From: Lama glama
Taxonomy: Eukaryota
Direction of reading: 5' to 3'
NCBI GenBank assembly: GCA_028534125.1
Contig: CM052816.1
Location: forward strand, 72,914,001-72,978,000
Length of the DNA stretch: 64,000 nt
Part shown: piece after piece, positions 24,124 through 37,280 of the stretch
Layout: each line of letters opens with the position of its first letter
How positions within the stretch are numbered: position 1 is the first letter of the stretch
Translations under genes and position numbers: made by a program
The notes under the pieces: generated by a model
The model's database searches: none
Told to the model about the DNA's origin: nothing
Seen by the model: only the letters and a program-made list of their open reading frames with translations

Positions 24124-24953
24124 AAGAAGTCATGGGCACTATGTTTGGAGAAGAAAGCTAGTGATGGCTAGGGTAGTAGAGAGAGAAGGTAAAAAGCACA
24201 CATAAAAAGCTAATTCTGGTGGCTTTGAACACATCCTCTAAGCATAATTGCCTCTCTAGAGCATAGATTCACATGAGGTGCCTTATTCTTTGCACTGCCA
24301 TTGCACTAATACATTCCATTACTGTCTCCACTGGTTGATGCCCAACTACTGATTAATATCTCTCATCAGCTTGGCAACCCATTAGCACACATCCATCAGT
24401 TCAGTGTTCAAAACATAGTCAATAATTCTTTGGATAACTCTCTTTAAAAGCACCATATTACCCATTTCAAGACCTCTGATCAAGGTAAAACAACACCAAA
24501 AACCTCAATAATAATTTTAGTCATCATAAATAAATTCCAGATGATTATTCAAATGATAAAAGCTCTAGAAATTGAATAAGAAAAACTGAGTCATTCTCTG
24601 CTTCCATTATGGTTAAGCACATCAAATACCACAGTAAAAATAGCATAGGAATAGAAACAAGGTAATCTTTGTTTTTGAAACAAACACAGACAAACTAGCA
24701 AACAGAAACAGAACCATCCTGTCTAGAACTAGCTCCTAAATTTATGAGGCTTGAGCCTTTTTTCTGACAGGCGTTAGTGCCCTTATGAAAACAAATCTGT
24801 TCCTGTTCTGCAATATGATTTCTGAAGATACATGAAAGTCCTGTAGATGTATAATCATGTGAAGAGACTGATGTGTTTGCTTTTTTTTTCAATTAAAAAC
24901 AGACTAACTGCACCCTGGTAACCATATGATTTTATTCCTTTTAATACTTTCTG

Positions 24954-24997
24954 TTTTTTTTTTTTTTTGGAGGTGTAGGAGGGAGGATGGTAATTAA
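24954..24997 (-). mobile_element. Possible 5'-truncated tail of the same SINE family
   Basis: The reverse complement reads TTAATTACC...TCCCTCC...poly(A), like the SINE tail at 24058-24100. No clear TSD. Confidence 0.35.
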
Positions 24998-27900
24998 TTC
25001 TTTTAAAAGCTAGACTTTATTTTTTAATTTTAATTTTTCATTTTTTTTGTCTCTGGGTTTAAGTATAGAGACAGAGTGCCAAGAGCTGGGGAGCCAGGGC
25101 AGGGTTTAGAATATTTATGAAACATTTGAGGAATTGGTGGGAGTGAGATCAGCATATGGGAGTAGAAGTGAACCATCTATGTAGGAATAGCACAGAGCAC
25201 ATCACGGAAAGTGACATGCTCAAAATTAGTCAAGTGTCTAGCTTACCACAAGTTTCTTGTTGTAATAGAAAGGCAATAATGTAGGAAAAATAATATAATC
25301 ATTTCAAATATCATGTCACCACTGGTTTTTTACCAAATAGAGCATTAATATGCACTATTGCTAATATTCAGCTGCACACAGATGTCTTTTGTGATGAATA
25401 TTTTCCATGTTGGAAATCCATGTTGAAATTTTCCTTGTTGAAAATTCTGTGAAGGAAGAGTCTGAGACATCCAAGGAGCGTCATTATACAATACACTATC
25501 TCTGCATCTTTTTTCCTTTGCTATCCTTCTCCATAAAGTAAAAAAGGCTTATTTATTTTTTCCCAGAAATCATGCAAAATGCAGTGGAAGCATAATTATT
25601 AAAGATGACTTTCCTTCACAGTCTTTCGGTGTGCCTTGTTTCCACAACATCCCTTTTGTCCTAGCGCTCACTATGAGATGAATATCCTGAGTTTAAAGTG
25701 AAAATATACAGCAAATACATTTCTCTGTGTCACATATAGTGATTAAATGTAAAAAATAAGTTATCACAGCCACACTAGATAATATATTTATTTCAGTAAT
25801 CATGTTCAGAAATTATCTATCCACCTCCTACCTCTCCCGAGGAATGGATTTCCCCATCATTTATTCCCTATAGAGTTAAATGAAACTTGGTTGTGTTTCC
25901 TGATGTGGCTAAGTATTCATCTATGGCCCTGATTACCACTATTATTATGTGCTATTAACCAATGTGAAAATTATCAAGTTACATAATGATAGCAGTCACT
26001 TAGCACCAATTGCCTCCACATCCTTACTTTAAAGTGTTTTCTGCAAATGAAGAGTTTAAAATTAAAATTTGTCTTTTAAACAATGTAGGTATAGTTTTTT
26101 GGGTGTGTTTCAAATATTACTTATATATTATTATTATGTATTAATGTATTACATATAATAATATTATTTTAAAATTATTTATGTTATTTCTCCGAAGTCT
26201 CTATCAAGTGTGAATAATAATCATTGATTTACTATGGGATTAAATACAATTGCCTAGGATGATAATGGCTCTGGAAACCAGACTTGGCTAGCCTTGGGGG
26301 CAATTAAAAGAGTGATCTTTTCAGAATTTCAATTTCAGGCTTTCTCACTGAGTAAATTATAAAGATGCACCCCAGGGAACTTTAAGGAAGTAATGAGGCT
26401 TTCGTTTCCATATGTCAGATTAGTTTTTTCCTGGTGTACTTATTATCAGAAAAGGCTATGAGCTAAGTTTTTTGTTTATTCAAAGCAAAGAAGAAGACCT
26501 CGGACAACATTTTCCAATAAAAAGCACAAGGAGAAAGTCAGCACTGATGGGAATTTGCCGCCAGAGTATTTTTCACGCTTGCCATGATTCTATAGGACCA
26601 GCTGAGGGCATTTGTGCAAATAGGCGTGTGCAGAAGAGAATCCACCTTCAAAAGTGTTATGACATTGTCTATCCATGCTGTCTGTATAACTCTTACCAGT
26701 GTCAAGGCTATTTGATATATCAAAGATTTGGAAAACACATTTTGAGTCATAGTGTCTCCAAATTGCTCATTTAAATGGAAGTTCACTGGCTCTCTCCAGC
26801 TGCTTATATTTATAAATTGCTATTTTAGAACAGGATTCTAAAATAAGAAGATCTTGTTTTGAAATACTTTGTGACTGGCCTGCATATACTATAGGTCCAG
26901 ATGGTACAGCTAATCCCCAGTAGGGGCATTTCATAGATTTGAGCAGTCTCAGTGACTGAGGCTACATCACACAACTATTTCATTTGTCTTCTTGTCAGTG
27001 TGTGATACTAATCACATGCTCTTGGCGCCTTCTGGGATCCCATTTGCTCTAATACTGGTGTTTTGGATACTAACCCACACTCCCAGTTTAGTTTCAGGCA
27101 CAAGCCCTGTTTTATATGGAGGGGGATTTTTGTTCCCGAGAGAGATAAGTTTTGCTGACAGACCATCCAAATACAACAAGGAGTCCCTCCCATTTCATAT
27201 AAGGAGTAAACTCTGATTAATAAGTCTCTTGGTGGCACCAGGTCACAAAGCTAATATCAGCTTCTCTGAATATCTCTGCAAAGTCCTCAAGCTAGTAACA
27301 GTTGATCCAATACTTTGGAGGCTTTTTGAAATAGGCTTCTGAGCACAGTGTGTGTGCTCAGTGGAAAATTATTTTAACCAGCACATTATCTAAAAAAGCC
27401 AGAGTATTATTTAGAAAATGATGAAACTAAATGTGTATAGAGCTATTTCAGTTAAATGCTTAGGATGGGCATGATAACCAAATTTGGTTCACCAACATAG
27501 AGAATACATTTTTTATTTGAGAAGGGGAATAAATATAGAACTCTCAGATAAAGATGTTCTCCATTTTTATCCCCAAGCTTATTTTGGTTTTGATCAACTT
27601 CAGAATAAATGCATTTAAAAGAAACAAGTAAACCTTCCACTCCTGAATTCACACAGTACTCAAGAAAAACTCATCGTTTGACTTTATAAGTGGATTAATT
27701 GGCAGTAAAACAAATCTTTGACTTCAGAAAACTTCAGATAATATATAGATTCTATTACTTAAATCATGAAAATCATAAACCTGCCAAAACAGTGCATCAC
27801 TTGATTTGATAAACCAAATAGATTTCACCTTAAGGGATATTTATGAAATACACTTGATTTCCCCTTTAGAAAAATTTGACAGCACATCCTCTTAATATTG

Positions 27901-28529
27901 AGAAAATGCTTTACCTTTGATAGTAGCTAAATTCAGAAAATAATTTAAGAGAAATATTTTAGCACTCTCTTTGGTATCTTTTTCTGTTTGTAAGTATTTT
28001 GATCCACTGTAATAAGTCATTGTCAAGTGAAGCAATGCCTCACTTGATCTAAAGATGCCAGTAACAAAAGCTATAAAAAGATACAGTGGAATAAATTGTA
28101 GCTGATTACTGAGAAAGCATGTATACAGAAAACCAAGAAGTAATAAAATTGATTAATGAACGTAATACATAAAGTGGAAAAGAAAAAAAAGTCTCTTGGT
28201 CAGTATTCTTTATTAAAATGCCAGTATAATCCTAACTTCAAGACTTTCATACAATTACATCCCAAAGAGGTTGAATGGTAATAGAATGGCCCTTTTACTT
28301 AAGGCATTATTCGCATTACTCATCATTAACAAAGAAAAGAATAAAATTTGATTCTAGGTACTAAACACTTCACATCTGTTAACTCATTTAATTCTCTCAA
28401 TACTATTATAAGATAGCACCTCCAAGAGGATTAGAAACCAAAGATTATGTTGGAAGCCAGTGAGACTAGAAAAACTAATTCAGGTCATGTTCATCTAAAC
28501 TTTCTAAATTAAAAGGTAGTTGTCTACAA

Positions 28530-29150
28530 AAAAGCAGAAGACGTGGCCTCTAACCTTCAGACAATATTCACCAAGTGAAAAAAGACTATAAACAAGTACC
28601 ATAACACAACTTAATAAATGAGATAAAACTTTATATAAAATGACCACAATATATCCATCATATCATGGAGGTGTCTACAAAGTTCTATGGCATCAGAGAA
28701 AAATGAAACCAAAATCTACAGAAGGCATCGGAAAAGTCTTGCTGACGTGATTAACATATGTAGTTAAGCCCCAAATATCAGAGGAGATGACAGATTTGTC
28801 GAGGAGATGACAGATTTTTCAAGCAGATAACAAAGGAATTTGGAGGAGATAATATTAAAATTTATTATGTGCCATTTAGTGGACTTTAACTTTTCTCATA
28901 GCTATTGATTATTAAAATATATTAAAGAGGGTACTAACGTAGTAATTTTGCTGTTTTAGAATAGGAACCTGGAAATGATATCAAGCTTGCATTTGAAAGG
29001 CTTAAAATGAAGACAGAACTATTGGAAAATTCTACATAAAAAAAGAACGAGAGCCTCTTCTGTGGCAGTGAAGATGAAAGGATGGCTAGAAAGATATTTA
29101 GGAAAATCAAATCAATTGGATTTGGCTAAAGGATGACAGGGAAAAAACCC
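28530..29150 (-). mobile_element. Degenerate L2
   Basis: TGGCCTCTAACCTTCAG...AAGTTCTATGGCATCAGAG...GAAAGATATTTAGGAAAATCAAATCAATTGGATTTGG resembles reverse-strand L2. Confidence 0.5.
28781..28820. repeat. 20-bp tandem duplication
   Basis: GAGGAGATGACAGATTTGTC / GAGGAGATGACAGATTTTTC. Confidence 0.95.
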
Positions 29151-29849
29151 TACATTTATTTTAATGTGTTTTAAAGTGGGTAAAAATATTTCATTCAAAT
29201 AGACTGAAGACCAGAGTTTTATTGTGTTTTCTGCTACAGATGTTTCTAAGAGCTTTGATTTTTACAATCCATGAAGGCATTCTAAAAGAAGTAAGAACCA
29301 AAGCATAGTTTTTTTTTTTTTTTATACAATTCTAAGACAGCTTGATTGGTAATGAGGAAGGAACAGCAGTTAGGGAGTATGGAAATCAAGTCCTTACTGT
29401 TACCCACGTGTTTGAAAATGTAAATTACATTCTCTGGACCTCAGTTTAAAGTGATTGTATATGAGAAGATTAAGAACAGTAACATTCAATTATCTTTCAG
29501 TTCATCACAGAGTTCTTGGGTACTCTTCTAAAAATAGCACTTTCCAGTTGTAAAGGCATCTGAAGGAAGGCAATTATTCTTACCTGGACCATTATTTAAA
29601 TAATAAATATCTGAGTTTGTTTAAAATGGTGAAATATTTAAATAAAAAATTGATTCCCTTGAGTGATTTATAATCTCCAAAAGACAAAATAGATCAATAG
29701 TTTATTTGTTTCAAAGGGTTGTCATGATCAAATGAGGTAACACATATAAAAGTACTTTGAAAATAAGAAGAAAATATAAATGTCATACAATATTTTTCTA
29801 GATACAATCATTTTGTGAGAGATATCTATGATACCAAAGACTAGAGTAA

Positions 29850-30480
29850 CATTCAATATTTATTCAACAATTTTTATTAAGTATCTGCTAGGTGCCAGGC
29901 ACTATTTTAGGTACTGACTTAACAGTAAAAAAAAAAAAATGCCAGATTTTTATTTCCAGGTGTTTTAATTATACTTGGGATAGACAGATAGTAGTCAAGT
30001 AGATAGACTCAAAATATCATCTGGTGATAAGTTCTGTAGTTAACATATAATAGTGTTTGGGATAGTGGCTGAGAAACAACTTTATAAATGTGGCCAACCT
30101 TTGAGGTTGGCGCGAAAACTTGAGTGACAAGGAGAATGTCATATAACGAAGACCAAGAAGTAAGCAGGAGCTGGACTGCACAAAGTCCAGCAAGTTAGGA
30201 GCTGAGTCTTCATTTTAAGGCAGTTTTTGATAGGAGAGCAAATGTTTTAATTTCCATTTTAAGTGATTTTACTACTGTTTCTTTATGGAAAATATAAAAG
30301 AATAATATTGGAAGAATTCTAAGTAATTGATTTATAAATATAAAATGATTGTGATTGGGTCTAGATTAGTAGAAGTTAGAATAGAGGGAAGGAAATATAT
30401 TTAGAATGGATTTTAGAGGAATTCAAAATTTAGAGTTGACAGGACTGGCTGACAGTTTAGATCTTGGGGTAGGGCAGGGA
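29850..30480 (-). mobile_element. L2 (L2a-like) fragment
   Basis: ATTTATTCAACAATTTTTATTAAGTATCTGCTAGGTGCCAGGCACTATTTTAGGTACTG...AGAGTTGACAGGACTGGCTGACAGTTTAGAT. Confidence 0.75.
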
Positions 30481-31142
30481 AAGAGAAAGAAAAATTATCT
30501 GGTATGTAGCTTCTTAACAAATAAATAATAAATAAAATTTTGAGTGAATGAATGAATGACTGGGTTCTAGAGCTGAGTGTTGGCAGCTATCAAGGATTTT
30601 GCCCGATTGAAAGAGAAAAGGGAATTTAAAAGTAGCGCACATTAAGGTTGGCAGTATCTTCTTGATATCTGTCTTTTTAATAGTCTAATTCTCTAGCTAG
30701 CTGAAGATTCACTCTGGAGTTGGATTATTGTATCTTCTCAAAGAGCGGGAGAGCATTCTCTCTCTCAAACTCAACTGGATGGGTAATGGGCAAGCCAAAA
30801 CCACTGGCTCGTTTTCACTATGACCTTCAGGTCTCTTTGGCTATCAGCCTTCATATTAGCCAAGTACTTGTAGAGAATAACTCTTAGTTTTTACTTCTAA
30901 AATACACTAATATAGGTACTAATATATATTAGAATATATTAAGATCTGTTTTGTAAAATATCTCAAACCAGCATGGGAAGATGAGAGATTAGGGTTCCAA
31001 ATCAATGCCTTTGCTAAGTAGAACCAAAGAGATTGCCGTTTCCTAATGAAATTCAGAATTTTAAGTGAAATTCATATAAACAATAGACTCTTTAATTAAA
31101 GATAACATCATATGAAGGCACTGAAGTACTCTTCTACTAAAA

Positions 31143-31645
31143 TGTTACCAAGTCCAAACTCATTCTGCTTGCTGCACGACAGACCAATAAATTGGGAAAC
31201 CAGGTGTTGAAACAAGGAATAACAACTTTATTTGGAAAGCCAGGAGACTGAGAAGATGGCAGACTAATGTCCTAGAGAACCATCTTCCCTAAGTCAGAAC
31301 TGAGGTTCCTTTTATACTAAAAAGGGTGTGTGTGTGTGTCGTTGGTTGTTGCAAACTTCTTGGTGTTGGAACCCTTTGTTACTGCAGCTGTCCATGTAGG
31401 TCAGGTTGTGGTTTTCCTTCAATAAGACAAATGTTATCCTCTGTTCTCCAACTTTTTATCTCTATATGAATGAAAAAGTGTTATACCCTTAAAGATCAGA
31501 ACCTTGAGAATGGGCTGTCCTGTATATTTCAGGCTATAAACAACACTCTTTTACAAAAGGTGCAGAACCAACATGAAACAGAGCACAGGGTTAGCGCTAA
31601 AGGAACAGCTCTAATATGGAATCAGATTTTTTCTTTCCTATTACA
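31143..31645 (-). mobile_element. ERV1 solo LTR, MER41_BT-like (cetartiodactyl)
   Basis: TG...CA termini (TGTTACCAAGTCCAAACTC...CCTATTACA), reverse-strand AATAAA (CTTTATT) and TATA (TTTTATAC). Near-TSD AAAA/GAAA. Family name from recall. Confidence 0.8.
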
Positions 31646-31819
31646 GAAAGAATTGGCTGATTGTGTTTATAGAAGGATTTACAAACGCCTCTCTTTTAGA
31701 TGTGAAGCTGAAGGATTTTAGGAATTGAAGTCCCAAAATAAAAACTTTACAATCTAACAATCTAACTCATATATCTCGCTCTTATAACGATGGGCTTATG
31801 AAAATAATTGTTGACTCCT

Positions 31820-32040
31820 TCTGGACATTTATCATGTGCGAAGCACTATTCCAAGCCCTTTAAAGTTATTAACTTATCTAACGGTCATAATAATAAAGAA
31901 GGTTCTATTTTCTCTACTACACTGATGAAGAAACCAAAGCATGAAAAGGTGTAGTCTTGACCAAAGATACCAGCTTCTAAGTGGCAAAAAAGAGGTCTGA
32001 ACCCGAAGAGTCTGCCTCCAGTTCATATTCTTGACCATGA
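31820..32040 (-). mobile_element. MIR SINE
   Basis: ACATTTATCATGTGCGAAGCACTATT...CTGATGAAGAAACCAAAGCA...TCTGAACCC...TCTGCCTCCAG. Confidence 0.7.
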
Positions 32041-35000
32041 CAATTTTCTGGCTAAGAGTAAAACAAATGACTATACTTCATAGTTGAAAGAAAAGTACGG
32101 AACAATACCGTCAGTCAAAGGCAGAATGTGCCTAATGTTTTCATCAATAATAATGTTTGTTGTACTCCAATGAACTCTTGAAATAATGCTGTTCTAGTGA
32201 GCTGAAAACCTCTTTTTCAACAAATTCACTGCATTTCTGGCAAAATATGTTGTTACGGACTGAACGTCTGGCACCCTTTCCAGACAAGCTTAAAGATATT
32301 TCACTTTCTCTTTCTGACTTTTCAATTTTTACCTTTTGCTTTTGTTTTGTATTGCTTTTGTTTGCCTGCTTTGATACTATCTTAGGAAAATGGTAGATTT
32401 GTATTTCTCTATAGTTCAGAACATTTATTAAGCATCACAGCTAATAACATTTTTTTTTACGTTTACTCCAATTACCTTGTCCCTGTTACTGAATGCTGAT
32501 ACCCATGGGGCTATTTTTGTATGCAAAGAAATAGCCAATTAACTGTGTAACACAATTAGCAATGTCAAACTATTTGTATGCATTTTTAAGAGATATTTGA
32601 TATCTCACATGTATCTTAACAATTGATGAATACCTAATCAGTTTAATAAAAAAAACTGATCTGACATTGACAAAACTAAGGTTGATACATCATGAGTCAC
32701 ACCTATCCATGTTGGAAGCTCTCAGGGTCAAAGTATTGATGCCAAATATAGGAATGTACTGTCCTTTCTTGTGCATTCCATTCACTTAAATCAGTCAGGA
32801 ATTGATGTTAATAGTCTCTCTCCTCTATCCCTGAGAAAAGATGAGAAGCATCCATGTATAAAAGCTACATCATATAAAGTCCATTGCACTTAGCCTGCCA
32901 ATTTTCCTTTCCCAAATTAGATTAGAGGCCATATAGGTTGAAGGAGTTATGATTGTCTAGGTTTTGCTTGTCTTTAGGGGCTCAGAAGTAGAAATGGATG
33001 CCTGACCAGCTCACTGCTGACCATTTACCAGGCACTTACCTTACCTTCTGAGTAATGGTCTACTGACACTGTTCCTCATCAGATTCAAGGAAATTGAAGA
33101 CATTTGCTAATTGACATTAGAAGACAGCTGTTGTAGACCATGCTCACTGTCATGCAATGACTCCACTTGATTATCTTAAGTCAAAAGACTTTTAATATAA
33201 TTTCTTTATTTTAGACAGAATCTAGAATTGTCCTTTCTCTTGACCACATTGTTTCAAATATGGCTCAGGTTGCCACAATTAACTAAAAGCATTTTCCCTT
33301 CCAGTTTTAACTTGAAAATAAAGTGATAATCTTTTTTTTTTGCTTCAAATTTTCAACTCAAGCTTTCATGTTAAAAGTCAAGCAACTATTGAATTTTTTT
33401 TTAAAAAGTGGCTGTGCAGATGGAAGTAATTTTCCTGATTATTTTGCAGCATACCAGCTTCAGATGCACAAACAACTCTTGTGTCAGCAGACTCAAGATA
33501 CACATTCTGAGGATACTTCTGTAGGGCGCATCATGACTATGTAGCCACGTGTGAATTTCATTTCCCTGTTATGACTTCTGCAATTCTTGTTCCTACAAGG
33601 CTGTATTTTATGAGAACAAAAATGGCCTATATTTGGTTAAAAAAAAATCAGTTGATGCTGATTACAAATGCTGAACAGCAGATCAAAGTGTCATTACCAA
33701 ATAATACTACCATTACTTTCTTTTAGCCTCAAAATGTTTCACATTTTAATCCCCCTTTTTCCTCCTAGTGTAGGACTCCTATTCTGTGTTCTGAATAACT
33801 TGAGTCCTACTTACAAGAAAAATAAATCCTAATTCAAAACTGAATTAAAATGTCAATTTACATAGAAAAAAAGTACAAACTCCAGGATAGTTTCGATTAT
33901 CTTAATTACATTTCTAATAGGTCTCTACAGGCTTATAAGTTAGAGATTCTTTTTGAAAACTTCAAATCTTCAACACTGCCAGGAAGGCTATATTTGAGAG
34001 ACTATAACTGTGCTTCTTAAATATTTAATTGTGACAGTTTCTTAAATGTTATTGTAATAATTAATTAGATAAAACACAGAAAAGAAGGTTTTTATTGTTA
34101 TTCTTGTCTTAGTTAAATAATACAATGAAAGCCCAGCTTCAGTCATATAATTTTCCTGATCAGAAGCGGTCAGTCGCTCTCCAGTTACCTGCAGAGTGAA
34201 ATGTTAATCTTTCCAGCTGTATTTAAGGCTCTCATAATATATTTGATCTATGTTACCTGACTTATCTCTCTGCTACATTTCCTATGCCTTAGTCAATCTT
34301 ATTCTTAAAAATATTCAGGAATAAGATTAAAGAACTGCTTTTGATAACCTGTGTCTATATTAAGCATTCTTATCTTACTCCAATTTCTTTCTACTATCTA
34401 ACCAGATAGCTAAAATGTTCTAAGTAAATATTCTGCTTTCAGTCAAGACGAGGTAAGCTGTCTTGAAGAAAATAGAGTACATCAGCAGCATTAATATGCT
34501 AAATTTGCAAGTAAAGTAGTACATTATTACTATTTCATAGAAAATAACCCCACCCATGCACAATGTGGACACCTTCATAATGGACTCCATTTTGAAAATA
34601 TTTCTATTTCTAAAGTAACATGCTCTTTTTCCTCTTCACCCCAGCCCCCAGCCAGCATTACACTTGTCAAGGTATACTTATATTAATTCTTGCAACATAC
34701 GGAGCCCACCCTGCATGGGATGTTAAGCTGACTGAGGAATTTTTAGTGGTAAAAATTTTGGAATAATTGGTTAAATATTTTGTGAATAATATTCTTAAAC
34801 TATATGCAGTAACAACAACTGAAAAAAAAATCAAGATGAGGCCTTTCCTGTATAGAAAGATATGTCTTTTTCTAACAACCTTAAGTCCTGTTAAGTTATA
34901 TTCTATAATCTTGCCTTGGAATATATGTCCTCACCTCATGATTATTGTTTGCCACATGACTCACTGACCATAACAACCTGTGATCTTTCTCAGTTAACAA

Positions 35001-35912
35001 GGGATTATTTTACATTAGAACCTTAACATTAGCATCATAAATTCCTTTCAAAATAGAATGATCTTGTTTACAACTGACTTGAACCTATATTTCAAGTGGT
35101 CTTTAGAGGTGATGTAATAACCTATTTATGTGTAAGAGTTTGGAATATTGGGGCTCTACACCTAACATTCCTAAACATATAAAGGTAGGAATGATGCTTC
35201 AGTGAATTTCTTTCTCCTTGGGATCCCCCTTTTCATAGTAGGAAAAGATTGCTTGTGTGCAGTTACCCAGTAGATACCAGCAGTACTGAAACACAAGTGA
35301 CCTTATGCCTCTAAAAATAACATGATACATGTCCATTCTCTCCTGTGAAATCTTCCTTGAATACCATCACCGCCACAACAGGCACAAATAGTCTTTCCCC
35401 TCTCAAATTCGCAACAATCTTGTTGATAGCATAGCGTTACTGATTACTTTAAATGCTTACCATACATTACGCTAAGAATGTCTAGAGATCAGATGCTGTC
35501 TTATTCTTTTCTAATTCCCACAAACTAGCCTCACAAACGGTAGGTGCTCAATAACAGCATGCTACTGAGTAAGTGTAACTTTTTTATGTTCTCTGATTTT
35601 CTTATTCTTTGAAAAACGTATCACTTTGACTCAGTGTTTTGATAATTAATCAAGTGTTGCCTTTAGTTGTTGCTTAATCATTTAATGTAGATAGTTCCAT
35701 AAGGTCAAGAAATTGGCCATATCTTCTGTACCCCACTTAACTTTTAGTCACTGAAAAAATTAATACACAACTGTTGAATAGGTAATGCATCAATTTCTAA
35801 TTAATTAATTAATTAATTAAGCCATTTACTGACTACCCACTATGCAAGGACTGAGAATACTATGCTGAACAAATCTAAGACACTTTTGGTCCTCAGGTAA
35901 GGATTATTTCTT

Positions 35913-36901
35913 TAAAAAAATTTTATTTTTATTTTTAAATATTTGAAGTATAGTTAATTTACAATGTGTTAGTTTCAGGTGTGCAGCAAAGTGAGTCAGT
36001 TTCTCTCTATATATAGAATATATATTCAGTTTTTTTTCCTCTCTCTCTCTCTATATATATATATATATTTTTTCAATTCTTTTCCATTATAGATTTTCGC
36101 AAGATATTAAATATGGTTGCCTGTGCTATATAGTAGGTCCTTGTTGTATATCTACATTAGATACAGTAGTGTGTATATGTTAATTCCAAACTACTAATTT
36201 ATCACTTCTCCCCATCTCTCCTCTTTGGTAGCCATGTTTGTTTCCTATGTCTGTGAGTCTATCTTTGGTTTGTAAATAAGTTCATTTGTGTCATTTTTTA
36301 AAGATTCTACATATAAGTGATATCATATAATATTTGTCTTTCTCTGTCTGACTTACTTCACCTAACATGATAATCTCTAGGTCCATCCATGCTGCAAATG
36401 GCATTCTTTTATTCTTTTTTATGGCTGAGTAATATTCCATTGGGATTTTTAATATATATATATACATATATATACATATATTATATATATATATGTCAAA
36501 CCTCTTTATTTATTCATCTGTTGCTGAATATTTAGGTTGCTTCCATGTTTTGGCTATTGTAAATAGTGCTGTTATGGACATTGGAGTGCATGTAACTTTT
36601 TGAATTAGAGTTTTCTCCAGATATATGCCCAGGAATGAGATTGCAGGATCACATGGTTACTCTATTTTTAGTTTTTTTAAGGAACCTCATACTGTTCTCC
36701 TTAGTGGCTGCACCAATTTACATTCCCACCAACAGTGTAGAAGGGTTCTTTTATGTCCACATCCTCTGCAGCACTTATTTGTAGACATTTTAATGATGCC
36801 CATTCTGACTGGTGTGAGATGATTACCTCATGGTAATTTTGATTTGCTTTTCTCTAATAATGAGCAATACTGAGCATCTTTTCATGTGCTTGTTGGCTAT
36901 C
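35913..36901 (-). mobile_element. 5'-truncated cetartiodactyl-type L1 with TSD
   Basis: 3' UTR plus ORF2 end (CACCAATTTACATTCCCACCAACAGTGTAG). TSD AGGATTATTTC(T/C)T at 35900-35912 and 36902-36914, followed by AAAA, consistent with an L1 endonuclease site. Confidence 0.92.
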
Positions 36902-37234
36902 AGGATTATTTCCTAAAAGATAACTTCAAACATGATTTCAAAACCACTGAATCAGAAATTTCAGGGAAAGAACTGAGAAATCTATGTTTTGAAGCCTTAT
37001 AGGTGATACTAAAAATCAGTTAAGTTCTGAGATGTTTGAACAGGAGTTTGCCAAGAGGAAAAACAGCATGAGATTGAAGATAAAGAAGACACAGTGTGCC
37101 TGCCATTCTTCATTGCCTGAATAGTGAATCTGGACACAAAAAGAATCCTCCACTAGGACTCCCTCAATCAGAAAAAATGCAAACAACCAGAACCATCTTT
37201 ACAAATAACAAATCAATGACTTATGATGACACAT

Positions 37235-37237
<3 letters not shown>

Positions 37238-37277
<40 letters not shown>
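37238..37277. repeat. (AT)20 microsatellite
   Basis: Read directly from the sequence. Confidence 0.97.

Positions 37278-37280
<3 letters not shown>

Noticed and set aside
25403..25446. Three degenerate TCCATGTTG(G)AAA units, and other short direct repeats, as CRISPR-like arrays
   Set aside because: No spacers and a mammalian context; simple slippage repeats.
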